Positions 19,609-28,367 of a DNA stretch of 64,000 nucleotides are shown in pieces (the stretch's first letter is position 1; the number at the start of each line of letters is the position of its first letter). The stretch is taken from IMG/VR virus record IMGVR_UViG_3300011727_000029, positions 10,347-74,346 of that record; one strand, given 5' to 3'. Source of the stretch: a virus. Taxonomy: Duplodnaviria; Caudoviricetes. The notes below the pieces were generated by a model. That model was not told the origin of the DNA. It saw only the letters and a list, made by a program, of their open reading frames with translations, and made no database searches. The position numbers were made by a program, and so were the translations under genes.

Positions 19609-20343
19609 TCATAGTGTTCTGTTTTTTAATTCGTTTTCGTAGGTTTCAACAAAGTCATTAAGAGAATAATGTTTTGCTTTTTGAATCTCAGTTATTAATT
19701 CTTCATTTGACATTAATTTGCAATTTCGCTTTGCTTGTTCTAAGAAAAAATCAACTTCCTTTTCTGATGAATGAAATTCCTGGAGTCTTTTCGCTCTTTG
19801 TTCTTTTATAATTTTTCTTGACATTTTGTCAAGCATTTCAAGATTATAATTCAAAGAATCTTCATCGGTTTTATTAACTGTGGTTTTGTTGTTTATTTGA
19901 CTTTCCTCTCTTTTTTGACTTTTTTTAGTTAGATAAGCCGGGATTATCAATGAGTGTATAACATCAGAATCTAAACGTCCTTTTAAGCTACCGAATTCTC
20001 CTTGTCTTGCCATTTTAAACATTAAACCAATATCATCAAGAGTTTCATATTTCATTTTATCGAAAACATCCGATGCTAAAGTTGTAGCTTGAGAAAGCGT
20101 GATGTTTTCGGCAAATTTTAATGTTGAAGCTGTGTTTAATATTAATTCTCTGATAAAAACAATACAGCTCATTTCATTGATTTCTTTGTTGTTGATTAAA
20201 TTAATAAGCGGCTTTTTGTCTAAAACTTGATTAAAATTTAATGATCTTTCAAATTCAATTATCGAAAGAGATTTATCTTGTGATTTATTAATTGTAGATA
20301 CCCAAAGGGTCGTGTCCTCTATCTTTTTGATTTGATTTTCCAT
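19609..20343 (-). CDS. Putative replication accessory protein
   Basis: Follows the initiator gene; helical. Confidence 0.45.
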   Translation of the reverse strand: MENQIKKIEDTTLWVSTINKSQDKSLSIIEFERSLNFNQVLDKKPLINLINNKEINEMSCIVFIRELILNTASTLKFAENITLSQATTLASDVFDKMKYETLDDIGLMFKMARQGEFGSLKGRLDSDVIHSLIIPAYLTKKSQKREESQINNKTTVNKTDEDSLNYNLEMLDKMSRKIIKEQRAKRLQEFHSSEKEVDFFLEQAKRNCKLMSNEELITEIQKAKHYSLNDFVETYENELKNRTL

Positions 20344-21100
20344 TGTTTAAATTTTTTGCCACCCATGAATATTCGAACCCTTGCCAACCTTTGTCTGCAC
20401 AAACTTTCACAGCTTCGTAAACTGGGAAATTATTTACTTGACATTCGTTTAAAATCTTTTTTAAAGCTCGTTCTGTAAATGGTGCTTTTTTTTCTTTTCT
20501 GATTTTTAGCCAATCATCAATATCTTTTGGATCCGCACCATTTAATTGAAGTTCTTCTTTCCAATTTTCTAAATCTTTATTTTTATTTAAATCTTTATTT
20601 TCAATTTCATTTTCATTTCTATATAGTTCAAACATTTGTTCAAACACTTGTTCAAGCATTTGTTCGTTTTTTAAATCAATAGAATCAAAATCAAAATTTT
20701 CTTGTATAAATTCTTTGACTTTTTTCTTTTTAAATTCTTGCGGGAATTTTTTAGAAAAAAACCTCATCAAATACGACATCTTACCAGCGTTTGAGCGCTT
20801 TTCTTTAAATATTTCTCGGCTTTTTAAAATGTCTGATGTTCGCTGGTTCGTTAAGTTTCCGAACTCATCTTTGTTAAACTTGTGTTTTAACACTTGTTCA
20901 AACACTTGTTCAAATCTGTTGAATTCTGAAAATCGAACATTACACAGAACTGCTAGCTTTTCTATATCATCCGGAAGAGAACCTTTATCGTAATTGTGTA
21001 ATAGTAGATTTAAAAACCAACCGCGACAATCCGCATCCATATCAGCTGTTGAGACTAACCAATCGTTTATATACAGTAAAACTGCTGGATCCTTTTTCAT
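20288..21100 (-). CDS. Replication initiator (YdaU/DUF1376-like N-terminus)
   Basis: MKKDPAVLLY..DWL...M....RG....LL N-terminus; C-terminal W...RK.KKAP.T...WQGF; internal 12-bp repeats. Confidence 0.75.
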   Translation of the reverse strand: MKKDPAVLLYINDWLVSTADMDADCRGWFLNLLLHNYDKGSLPDDIEKLAVLCNVRFSEFNRFEQVFEQVLKHKFNKDEFGNLTNQRTSDILKSREIFKEKRSNAGKMSYLMRFFSKKFPQEFKKKKVKEFIQENFDFDSIDLKNEQMLEQVFEQMFELYRNENEIENKDLNKNKDLENWKEELQLNGADPKDIDDWLKIRKEKKAPFTERALKKILNECQVNNFPVYEAVKVCADKGWQGFEYSWVAKNLNNGKSNQKDRGHDPLGIYN

Positions 21101-21267
21101 TTATCAATTCTCACTCTTTTACGCGTACGTGAATCAATCCAAATCCATTTATAAGCGTAATTCAACATCTTTTGTTTTTCATCGTATTTCTCCTTTATTT
21201 CAACCGCTTTATTTCTTACAGCTTTGTTAAAATCATTCGAGCATACATTTACATTTTCGTCACTCAT
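21097..21267 (-). CDS. 56-aa hypothetical protein (not in ORF track)
   Basis: Manual translation MSDENVNVCSNDFNKAVRNK...RVRIDK*; ATGA overlaps at both ends. Confidence 0.6.
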   Translation of the reverse strand: MSDENVNVCSNDFNKAVRNKAVEIKEKYDEKQKMLNYAYKWIWIDSRTRKRVRIDK

Positions 21268-21443
21268 TTGTTAGATTTTTATTATTGAAATAATTTTTTA
21301 ATTCCTGTCGTGTAAAATCCTTGATTAAACCATCACTACGCTTGATTGTGTCTATTGTTTTCCATATACTATCTCTAGAATTAGATTTAGTTCCAATGAT
21401 TTTGTAATTAAAACCATTACATTCAAACTCAAGCATTAAGATT

Positions 21444-21905
21444 TCACCCTTGACACTTACCAACATCGTTTAAAGTTGACAGCTTACCTAAGTGTCTGAT
21501 TCGGTTTTTAATTTTCTGAATCTCCTTTCTTATTAATTCTTTGGTGTGTTTAGAATTACATTTCAGTGAATCTATTTCCAGTTGTGACTTTTTATCAATA
21601 AGCATTTGATATGCTGCATCGATTAAATCTTTTCTTTCGTCAAGATTTTCAACCACTTTGTAAGTAGTGTTTTTCTTTTGAGTGTATACGTTCTCTGTGT
21701 ATCCAGTTTCTGCGATTAAGAATGAATTTTTCAACTCTGTAACTCGTGGTGAAATTTCATTGATTGGCTTCATTGTCAGCTCCGAAAGCTTTTGAATAGT
21801 TATATCAACGTTTCTTGATATGATGTTGAAAATGTATTGACGTTTTTCAGGAAGTTCATTTACAATACTTGCAAATGCTTCGTTTCTATGAATTTCTGAT
21901 CTCAT
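21444..21905 (-). CDS. Winged-HTH-like phage protein
   Basis: ITIQKLSELTMKPINEISPRVTELK HTH pattern. Confidence 0.6.
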   Translation of the reverse strand: MRSEIHRNEAFASIVNELPEKRQYIFNIISRNVDITIQKLSELTMKPINEISPRVTELKNSFLIAETGYTENVYTQKKNTTYKVVENLDERKDLIDAAYQMLIDKKSQLEIDSLKCNSKHTKELIRKEIQKIKNRIRHLGKLSTLNDVGKCQG

Positions 21906-22336
21906 TTTATAATATTGTTGTTTTTAAGTTCAATTTGTATTTCATCAAGAAAATCCTTTTCATCTGGAGATGGTAAGTATATTCCAGCTTCTCGACTTGC
22001 GTAATCTCTGAAATTGTTAATTGCAATAGTCATTTCTTTCGTGTCTAAAGTTGCAGTACTTCGCCACCTTTGAATAGGAAATAAATCCCCAAATTCTCCC
22101 TCATAAAAAATGACTGGGTTAACAATTTTTTTGAAAATATCCTGTTTAACTTCTTCGAGTGTGTAACCGAATTCAAAACCAAACCATCCTAAAATCAAAT
22201 GCAAATAACTATTTTGCTTTATGGTTCGTTTTGGTTTTTTTTCAGTTAATTCAATTGTTGCTTTTTTTTCCATTAAGAATTTAAAGCGTTCAATTGCTCT
22301 TTGTCTATGATGTAGATTGGTTGTTTTGTAAATCAT
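21902..22336 (-). CDS. NinB/YbcN-like recombination protein
   Basis: KRTIKQNSYLH...STATLDTKEM..AI..FRDYA...GI.LPSP motif. Confidence 0.7.
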   Translation of the reverse strand: MIYKTTNLHHRQRAIERFKFLMEKKATIELTEKKPKRTIKQNSYLHLILGWFGFEFGYTLEEVKQDIFKKIVNPVIFYEGEFGDLFPIQRWRSTATLDTKEMTIAINNFRDYASREAGIYLPSPDEKDFLDEIQIELKNNNIIK

Positions 22337-22476
22337 GTTTATACTCTTTAAAAAATTGATTCATAAAATCTTTTTCCCAATCTGAACAATCATTTAGATG
22401 CTTATTATTTACAAGCCATCGACCATCGATTAACTTAATTGTGATTTGTGTAGTCATAATAATGTTGTTTGATTTG

Positions 22477-22590
22477 CTCCCTTGCCAGGATTCGAACCTA
22501 GATTTGTCATAGACCACTTATGAACGTCCGTCACGATCGGAACCAATTATGCACACTAGGGCATAGCGTCTACCATTCCGCCACAAGGGA
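22477..22590 (-). ncRNA. tRNA-like RNA (Leu-type D arm) with 8-nt anticodon loop and oversized variable region
   Basis: Acceptor TCCCTTG/CAAGGGA, D arm GCGGAATGGTAGACGC, T arm CTAGG-TTCGAAT-CCTGG; 114 nt. Confidence 0.7.
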
Positions 22591-22597
22591 AACCACA

Positions 22598-23308
22598 TTA
22601 AATCTCAATTATGGGTAAGCGGTCTGTAATTTTTATTATTTGTTCTAAAACAGAATCAATGGCTTCATCTGTTATTTGTTCAATAATATCATTTGCTTGA
22701 GGAGAAACTAAAGTACAAGTCAGATCATCAGGATTGAAATAAGTTTCCAGTTCTAGAATATATTTTTTACCACCTTTAAAAATTGGCAACTCTACATTGA
22801 AAGTTGGTGGTAAATTACTATCTACAACTTGATTGTAAATTAATTTTTTATCGCCTTTGTTTAAATCAATATTCTGCTCAACTTCTTTATTTACTTTTGC
22901 TTTGAATACTTTTAATAAAGAAACCAATTCCATTGCAGTCTGTGTGTTTTCAAAATAACTTCGGTTCATTTTGAATAGTTCTGACATTTCAAGCGGTGTT
23001 CTATATTTACCTGAATTAATACCGAATTTTTCAAAAACAGGATGAATAGATAATTGCCCTCTCACCATAGAATGCTCATAGGTGTTTGTTTCGTTAAAAA
23101 CTAAAGAAATTATTTTTTTATCACGTGCTACAACAATGTGAGCTTCGTTTAAATCAATTTTTTCTAATCTTTTTTCTAACCATTTTACTGGAGAATCTAA
23201 AACACCATATATTTCAATATTTAATGGAGGTTTTATTTCTAAGGCTTCACCTTGACGTACTTCTAAAAATTGCCCTGATTCGTTTAAAGTAATGTTTACA
23301 TCTTTCAT
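22598..23308 (-). CDS. Conserved phage early protein
   Basis: 236 aa ORF in the early operon. Confidence 0.65.
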   Translation of the reverse strand: MKDVNITLNESGQFLEVRQGEALEIKPPLNIEIYGVLDSPVKWLEKRLEKIDLNEAHIVVARDKKIISLVFNETNTYEHSMVRGQLSIHPVFEKFGINSGKYRTPLEMSELFKMNRSYFENTQTAMELVSLLKVFKAKVNKEVEQNIDLNKGDKKLIYNQVVDSNLPPTFNVELPIFKGGKKYILELETYFNPDDLTCTLVSPQANDIIEQITDEAIDSVLEQIIKITDRLPIIEI

Positions 23309-23310
23309 AA

Positions 23311-23730
23311 TTACTGAACTTTTCTATTGATATTAAAAATTGTTGATTGTTTTTCTTGTGGTAGAATTGGACGAGAATAAACGAGCTCACCTAATTGATT
23401 ATAAAATCCGACCATTCCTTCTTCATGGCTAATCATTTTGAAACAATCTTCTTCAACTACTTCAGCTTTATTGTGAATTTTTTCTAGTAAATCACTATGT
23501 TCAATATTCAAAGGTTTCATTCTATCTTTGAACTCGTCCATAACATCTTTTTTCTCTATTGCGATTGAATTAATATTAATTGCAACTGTTGATAATTTAT
23601 CTTTAAACTCTGCTAATTCTTCGTGTGTAAATTTTCGAGTATATGATGTTAATTCTATCGAATCTGCATTATCTTGTAAAAATGCTTTTCGTTGCTCAGG
23701 GGCATGATCTGCAAATAATTGTTTTTCCAT
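23311..23730 (-). CDS. Conserved phage early protein (coiled coil)
   Basis: 139 aa ORF paired with 22598..23308. Confidence 0.65.
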   Translation of the reverse strand: MEKQLFADHAPEQRKAFLQDNADSIELTSYTRKFTHEELAEFKDKLSTVAININSIAIEKKDVMDEFKDRMKPLNIEHSDLLEKIHNKAEVVEEDCFKMISHEEGMVGFYNQLGELVYSRPILPQEKQSTIFNINRKVQ

Positions 23731-23777
23731 ATAAATTGAATTAAAATGCAGCCAGCCAAAACCGACTGCATTAATTA

Positions 23778-24488
23778 TTATTTAAAATTTTTGATTAGTT
23801 CTAATTTCTTGTCAATCGCTAATTGTAGACGTAATTTCAATAATTCAATATCATTTTCGTTACGTTCGATAACTGCATAATGCAGGCGGTGTTTTTCTTT
23901 TGAAAATCTTTTGTCATAACTAATAAAAAACCACTTAGATTTTTTAGCACATAGCATTGAAAATTGAATTTGCCAGTAGTAATCAGAATTTATTTTCTTT
24001 AAGTCTTGACCATTTAAAATACCTTTATAAATAACATGTGTGGATGATTTAGGGCACTTTGTTTCTGCACCAAAACCATAACCTAAGCCGTCAGGTGTAC
24101 AACCCGCATGTTTACCATATTTAATAAATTTTTGATTTTCACCAGTATTATTTACGAATAACCTTGTCTTTTCCTCAAATTTCTCAATTGCTTCAACTTC
24201 ATTATCTTTACCCCATTGCATAGCTTCTGAACTGAATGATTCAGGCAGGCCATCAGTTAAAGTTTCAGCCACTTTTTCAATTACATAAGTAATCGCACCT
24301 ACTGGTAATTCATTAGGTTTAGACAAAGCGGTCATAAGTCGATGAATTTCACTTGCTGTGAATTTACCTTTGCGTTGTAAAAGCCATTCTTCGTGACTTT
24401 TGTCTGCTTGAAGATTATTCAAAGCCCCTAAATCAAGGCTTTGAATAACGTTCATTTCTACTGGTTGTAATTGAAGTGCTGAATTCAT
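23778..24488 (-). CDS. YqaJ/lambda-exonuclease-family recombination nuclease
   Basis: W...R.GKFTASE, AMQWGK..E, GCTPDG, ETKCP, YYWQIQ motifs. Confidence 0.92.
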   Translation of the reverse strand: MNSALQLQPVEMNVIQSLDLGALNNLQADKSHEEWLLQRKGKFTASEIHRLMTALSKPNELPVGAITYVIEKVAETLTDGLPESFSSEAMQWGKDNEVEAIEKFEEKTRLFVNNTGENQKFIKYGKHAGCTPDGLGYGFGAETKCPKSSTHVIYKGILNGQDLKKINSDYYWQIQFSMLCAKKSKWFFISYDKRFSKEKHRLHYAVIERNENDIELLKLRLQLAIDKKLELIKNFK

Positions 24489-24489
24489 C

Positions 24490-24894
24490 TTATGCTAATT
24501 TTGTTACATCAAAAATCATTGTAGAACCTTTAGAACTTTTGTTATTACGTTTATCTCGATAAACAATTTCTACAGGTGTTTGAATTGGTAAATTTTTAAC
24601 CGCTTCAATTAATGTCATTTGGCCACTTAAGAAACATTCAGTTGTTGAAACAAATAATGCACAATTAACCATTTCGCCATCTTCGTTCGGTATTTCTTTC
24701 ATACCCATATAATAGGCTCTAACTGGTTTGTCTTGTAACTTAGCCCACTCATCAGCTGTTTTATATTTCAAAGTCAATGAAAACTCAGGTTTCATTTCAT
24801 TTAATTGACCTAAACTTTCTGTATTAGGTATTAAAAAAGCTACTTCTGTACCAGCTGCTTTTTCTACTTCTGTGTTTTGGTTTTTCTTTGCCAT
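24490..24894 (-). CDS. Hypothetical protein upstream of exonuclease (possible ssDNA-binding/annealing partner)
   Basis: Likely start MAKKNQ at 24894; function inferred from position only. Confidence 0.5.
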   Translation of the reverse strand: MAKKNQNTEVEKAAGTEVAFLIPNTESLGQLNEMKPEFSLTLKYKTADEWAKLQDKPVRAYYMGMKEIPNEDGEMVNCALFVSTTECFLSGQMTLIEAVKNLPIQTPVEIVYRDKRNNKSSKGSTMIFDVTKLA

Positions 24895-24913
24895 AATAAT
24901 GTGATTTAATTGA

Positions 24914-25090
24914 TTATTTAATTTTTTGATTTTTACCATGTTTAGCACGAAACAAAACACGGCATTGAGCTATTTTCTTTTTTCTTTCTTCAACTTGTTC
25001 AAGTATCATGTTTTGAAACTTGCTTTGCTCAATACTACTCATCTGCAACTTCATAGTATTGAATAATTCAATGCCTTGTTCTGCTGTCAT
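24914..25090 (-). CDS. 58-aa hypothetical protein (not in ORF track)
   Basis: Manual translation MTAEQGIELFNTMKLQ...GKNQKIK*; TAATG overlap with upstream gene. Confidence 0.6.
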   Translation of the reverse strand: MTAEQGIELFNTMKLQMSSIEQSKFQNMILEQVEERKKKIAQCRVLFRAKHGKNQKIK

Positions 25091-25386
25091 TATGCTGTTA
25101 ATTTTATATATTCATCTTGCAATTTTTCAACTATCATATTTTCAAATTGCTTTTCTAAGCTTTTGTTTAATTTGAAAGTTGTACTACCATTATCACTCAA
25201 TAGAACTGCTTTCATATTGACATCAATAGATTTTACATTTACTTCATTGAAATCAAAATCTACATTTACATTCTCATTGAATTTTACTTCAAGTTCACAA
25301 GTAGTATATTGAATGATCAAAGTGCTTTCGATAGAATGATTAATTTTTAATCTAGTTTCTATTATATCAGTGTTAATGTTTAGCAT
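25090..25386 (-). CDS. Hypothetical early protein
   Basis: ORF track 98 aa; follows a -7 box. Confidence 0.6.
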   Translation of the reverse strand: MLNINTDIIETRLKINHSIESTLIIQYTTCELEVKFNENVNVDFDFNEVNVKSIDVNMKAVLLSDNGSTTFKLNKSLEKQFENMIVEKLQDEYIKLTA

Positions 25387-25406
25387 GATTTATAATATTT
25401 ATATCG

Positions 25407-25426
25407 CAAATATAATAATTATTATA
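25407..25426. promoter_or_regulatory. Operator/promoter copy 1 (CAAATATAATAATTATTATA)
   Basis: Perfect 16-bp palindrome TATAATAATTATTATA overlapping a minus-strand TATATTTG box; identical copy at 25773-25792. Confidence 0.65.
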
Positions 25427-25476
25427 ATAAAACAAAATAATTTTATAATTTTTATTATAATAAATCTTAATAATTA

Positions 25477-25719
25477 TTATAAACCCATTGATGTCACTAT
25501 CTTAATGTAGTTTCTACCATACTTCTTTTTAAGATGCGTAAACTTAGCTCTGACAGATTCAGCATTAGAATAATTATATTTTTTTGCTAATTCACCGTAA
25601 ACAAGCATTTGGTTTGCATCTGGCTTATTCAGGTACATATCGACATAATCAGAAACTAAATTCTTTTCCTTTAATAGAATTTCCTTTTTAAAAGGGCTAA
25701 CTAATTTATTCTCAGTCAT
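25477..25719 (-). CDS. Cro-like small regulator
   Basis: Divergent from CI; YGELAKKYNYSNAESVRAKF HTH-like segment; likely start MTENK at 25719. Confidence 0.55.
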   Translation of the reverse strand: MTENKLVSPFKKEILLKEKNLVSDYVDMYLNKPDANQMLVYGELAKKYNYSNAESVRAKFTHLKKKYGRNYIKIVTSMGL

Positions 25720-25772
25720 AATCTTTATTATATTTTTTATTATATTTGTATTTGAAAACGAAATAATATTCA

Positions 25773-25792
25773 CAAATATAATAATTATTATA
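25773..25792. promoter_or_regulatory. Operator/promoter copy 2
   Basis: Identical 20-mer to 25407-25426, in the cro/cI intergenic gap. Confidence 0.65.
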
Positions 25793-25829
25793 TAATTATA
25801 ATAATAGTTATAATAAAAAAGTTAACAAA

Positions 25830-26663
25830 ATGAATGCAGATATATATAGCTTAGATTTTTTTAAGAATTATTTGCACTATTTAAAAAATAAAAAGAAGTA
25901 TAAAAACTTGACAGAATTGGGTAATTTGATTGGATCAAGTCAAAGTTATATTTCTCAAATAACAACCGGAAAAATTGCTTTAACTAAAGAATTTGCAGAT
26001 AAATTATATTCTGTATTTCCTATTCAAGATTATATTGAACAAAATTCTTTTAAATTAAATGGAAGTAATCATACTGTAAAAGAACCTAAACTACCTATAG
26101 AAATAGAACAAGAACTAATTATTTCTAAAGATGAAATATATACTAACAATTTTGGAGTTAAATTTCTTCCAATACCAAACGGTAAATTTCAAATGATTGT
26201 CCCAGTACTTAATGCAGCAGCTCAAGCAAGTTATATCGATAACTACCAGGATGTAGGTTATGTTGAATATATCTCAAACTTTCCAGACACTGAATCATTT
26301 ATTGTTGATAAACCATTGCAAGGTAATTATGTATGTTTTAAGGTTATTAATGATAGTATGGCTAATGATAATCCAAGAACTGCAATTCTACCTGAAGATG
26401 AAGCTTTAACTAGAGAATTACATAGGGACCATTGGAAGTCTAAATTAAAAATTAATGACTTTCCGGAGTGGGTGATATTTACAACTAAAAATCCTTACCC
26501 TTTAATTAAAAATATTACAAATCATGATGTTGAAAATGGTGTAATTACATGCCATTCTTATAATGAATTTGTGCCTGATTTTGATTTAAGTTTAAATGAT
26601 GTTCAAGCATTGTTTTATGTAATCGATATTCGTAGAAAACGTAACAATAAATTTTATTATTAA
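25830..26663 (+). CDS. CI-like repressor (HTH plus S24 peptidase-like domain)
   Basis: LTELGNLIGSSQSYISQITTGK HTH; CFKVINDSM and LIKNI catalytic-type motifs. Confidence 0.88.
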   Translation: MNADIYSLDFFKNYLHYLKNKKKYKNLTELGNLIGSSQSYISQITTGKIALTKEFADKLYSVFPIQDYIEQNSFKLNGSNHTVKEPKLPIEIEQELIISKDEIYTNNFGVKFLPIPNGKFQMIVPVLNAAAQASYIDNYQDVGYVEYISNFPDTESFIVDKPLQGNYVCFKVINDSMANDNPRTAILPEDEALTRELHRDHWKSKLKINDFPEWVIFTTKNPYPLIKNITNHDVENGVITCHSYNEFVPDFDLSLNDVQALFYVIDIRRKRNNKFYY

Positions 26664-26665
26664 TC

Positions 26666-27307
26666 TTGATTACAAAAGATATATATCAGAACAATGAATA
26701 CATTTCAGTTTTACGTGAAACTGCGGATCTGTATGAGTATTGTAAAACTTTTACTGACGTTTTCATTCCAATAAAGTATGATACTGAGTTTATCGTAGAA
26801 ACTTACAATAATGTTTTTCTAAAAGATATAAGTGATTATCATTCAAGTAACATTATTAGTAGGTCAAACTGGACGCATCATACTGCAAATACTTTTTTTC
26901 GTACTTGCCAATTGTTAGGTTATAATTGTGATTTTGAGTCTGAAAACAGACATGATGGAATTATTAGAGATATTGATGGTAGTTTAATAATGTGTTCTGA
27001 ATGGGAAATAGAAGAAAAAACTATTTTTAATGAAAAAGGAGAAATTAATAAATTACTGAATACATGTAATATTCACAAAACATGTGAGGCATTATTATTC
27101 ACATATAACATAAAAATTGATCCTAAGGAATTTATAAAAAAAGCTTATGAATTATGGAATATTGATTCTAATAACACTAATTCAAGACTTTTTCTAATAA
27201 CAGCTATTTTTAAAGATAGTGAAAATACAAAAATTAAATATCTTAAAGGATTGAGAACTTTTGTTATAGGAAAGGGAACAATTGACATTTGGGAAACTTT
27301 ATCGTAA
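26666..27307 (+). CDS. Hypothetical protein, possible PD-(D/E)xK nuclease fold
   Basis: FE...RHDG.......SEWE.....E..KL motif spacing; co-transcribed with cI. Confidence 0.45.
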   Translation: MITKDIYQNNEYISVLRETADLYEYCKTFTDVFIPIKYDTEFIVETYNNVFLKDISDYHSSNIISRSNWTHHTANTFFRTCQLLGYNCDFESENRHDGIIRDIDGSLIMCSEWEIEEKTIFNEKGEINKLLNTCNIHKTCEALLFTYNIKIDPKEFIKKAYELWNIDSNNTNSRLFLITAIFKDSENTKIKYLKGLRTFVIGKGTIDIWETLS

Positions 27308-27845
27308 CAACATAAAACCTATTAATATGAGAAACATAATAATATACCTATTTTTTATTTCATCATTTATAAATGCTCAAGAAAGTGAAAAAAATTATAA
27401 AGATGAGTTTACAGGTGATAACATCAAAAGAAGTTCATGGGAATTCCTGAATAATGCTTCAAACGGTTTTACTGCAAAATTCAGATTGTCAAATATTGAG
27501 AATCTATATTATTTAGATTTGAAAATGATGATAGGAACTTCTTCGCCTAAAGTATTTTCGATACATGAAGGAGATAAGTTAATGTTTAAATTAAAAAACG
27601 ATGAAATTATTGAGATAAACAGTTTATCATCTGAAATAACATGCACCGGTTGTGGATCTACTGGATTAATTGGAAGTAAGGCACAAGGAATAAAAACAAC
27701 ATACGCATTAACGGACGAACAATTTAATAAATTAAAGTCTGAACCCGTATCCAAAATTCGTATTTATACTACAGATGGATATGTTGAAAATGATGTGAAA
27801 GGTAAACATTCAAAAACTATACAAAAAGCATTTCAATTATTCTAA
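27282..27845 (+). CDS. Putative secreted/periplasmic protein
   Basis: Signal-peptide-like MRNIIIYLFFISSFINAQ from the internal Met. Confidence 0.6.
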   Translation: MTFGKLYRNNIKPINMRNIIIYLFFISSFINAQESEKNYKDEFTGDNIKRSSWEFLNNASNGFTAKFRLSNIENLYYLDLKMMIGTSSPKVFSIHEGDKLMFKLKNDEIIEINSLSSEITCTGCGSTGLIGSKAQGIKTTYALTDEQFNKLKSEPVSKIRIYTTDGYVENDVKGKHSKTIQKAFQLF

Positions 27846-27847
27846 AC

Positions 27848-28144
27848 ATGAATACATTTCACGAAAGGTTAAAATTTGAACGTACTAAAAGAGGAATGAC
27901 ACAAAAAGAGTTTGGTCAAATTTTAGAGATTACACAAAGTCAAATGGCCAACATAGAGAAAGGCATTAATAGTCTAACCGTTGATAAATTGGTTATTCTT
28001 CATAAAAAACTTGGTGTAGATTTAAATTTCCTGATAACAGGAGAGTACTTACGTTTAGACTATGGCCTTGATAAAATGGATTTTTCTCAGCTTAAAAAAC
28101 TTAATGCTGATATTTTCAACGAATTAGAATCAAGAAATAATTAA
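27848..28144 (+). CDS. XRE-family HTH regulator
   Basis: ERLKFERTKRGMTQKEFGQILEITQSQMANIEKG. Confidence 0.9.
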   Translation: MNTFHERLKFERTKRGMTQKEFGQILEITQSQMANIEKGINSLTVDKLVILHKKLGVDLNFLITGEYLRLDYGLDKMDFSQLKKLNADIFNELESRNN

Positions 28145-28149
28145 TACTC

Positions 28150-28171
28150 AACTGCACAAAAACTGCACAAA
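28150..28171 (+). repeat. Integrase arm-type direct repeats, left of core
   Basis: AACTGCACAAA x2; related GCACAA pair at 28315-28333. Confidence 0.6.
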
Positions 28172-28238
28172 TAATTAAAATTTTTAATCAATAATAGATA
28201 CTTAACATGTTGATATTGAATAGTATTTTAAGATACAA

Positions 28239-28259
28239 GAGAATCCCTCACTCTCCGCA
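28239..28259 (+). other. att core: 3' end of a tRNA (Ser-like), GAGAATCCCTCACTCTCCGCA
   Basis: T-loop/T-stem plus acceptor 3' strand pattern (GAATCCCTC.CTCTCCGC) with no 5' half upstream; immediately before the integrase. Confidence 0.8.
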
Positions 28260-28264
28260 AATCT

Positions 28265-28304
28265 ATCCTGAAACATAGACTGCAACCTTGTTTCAGGATT
28301 TTTT
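28265..28304 (+). terminator. Intrinsic terminator after att core
   Basis: ATCCTGAAACA/TGTTTCAGGAT 11-bp stem followed by a T-tract. Confidence 0.75.
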
Positions 28305-28367
28305 AAATTTCTATTCGCACAAAAGTGCACAACTTCAACTTGTTCAAGTATCGTAAATAATTACGAT

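Larger units (their letters stand above)
1..28260 (-). mobile_element. Prophage 1 (long-tailed temperate phage), left end outside window
   Basis: Contiguous portal, capsid, tape measure, TerS/TerL, HNH, replication, recombination and CI/Cro modules ending at a tRNA 3'-end att core. Confidence 0.93.

Noticed and set aside
22477-22590. Calling the element a standard tRNA-Leu(TAG) or an intron-containing tRNA
   Set aside because: The loop is 8 nt with no U33, and the extra sequence lies in the variable region and is far too short for a group I intron.
28239-28259. A complete tRNA gene at the att site
   Set aside because: Only the T-loop-to-acceptor 3' portion is present; upstream sequence cannot form D or anticodon arms.
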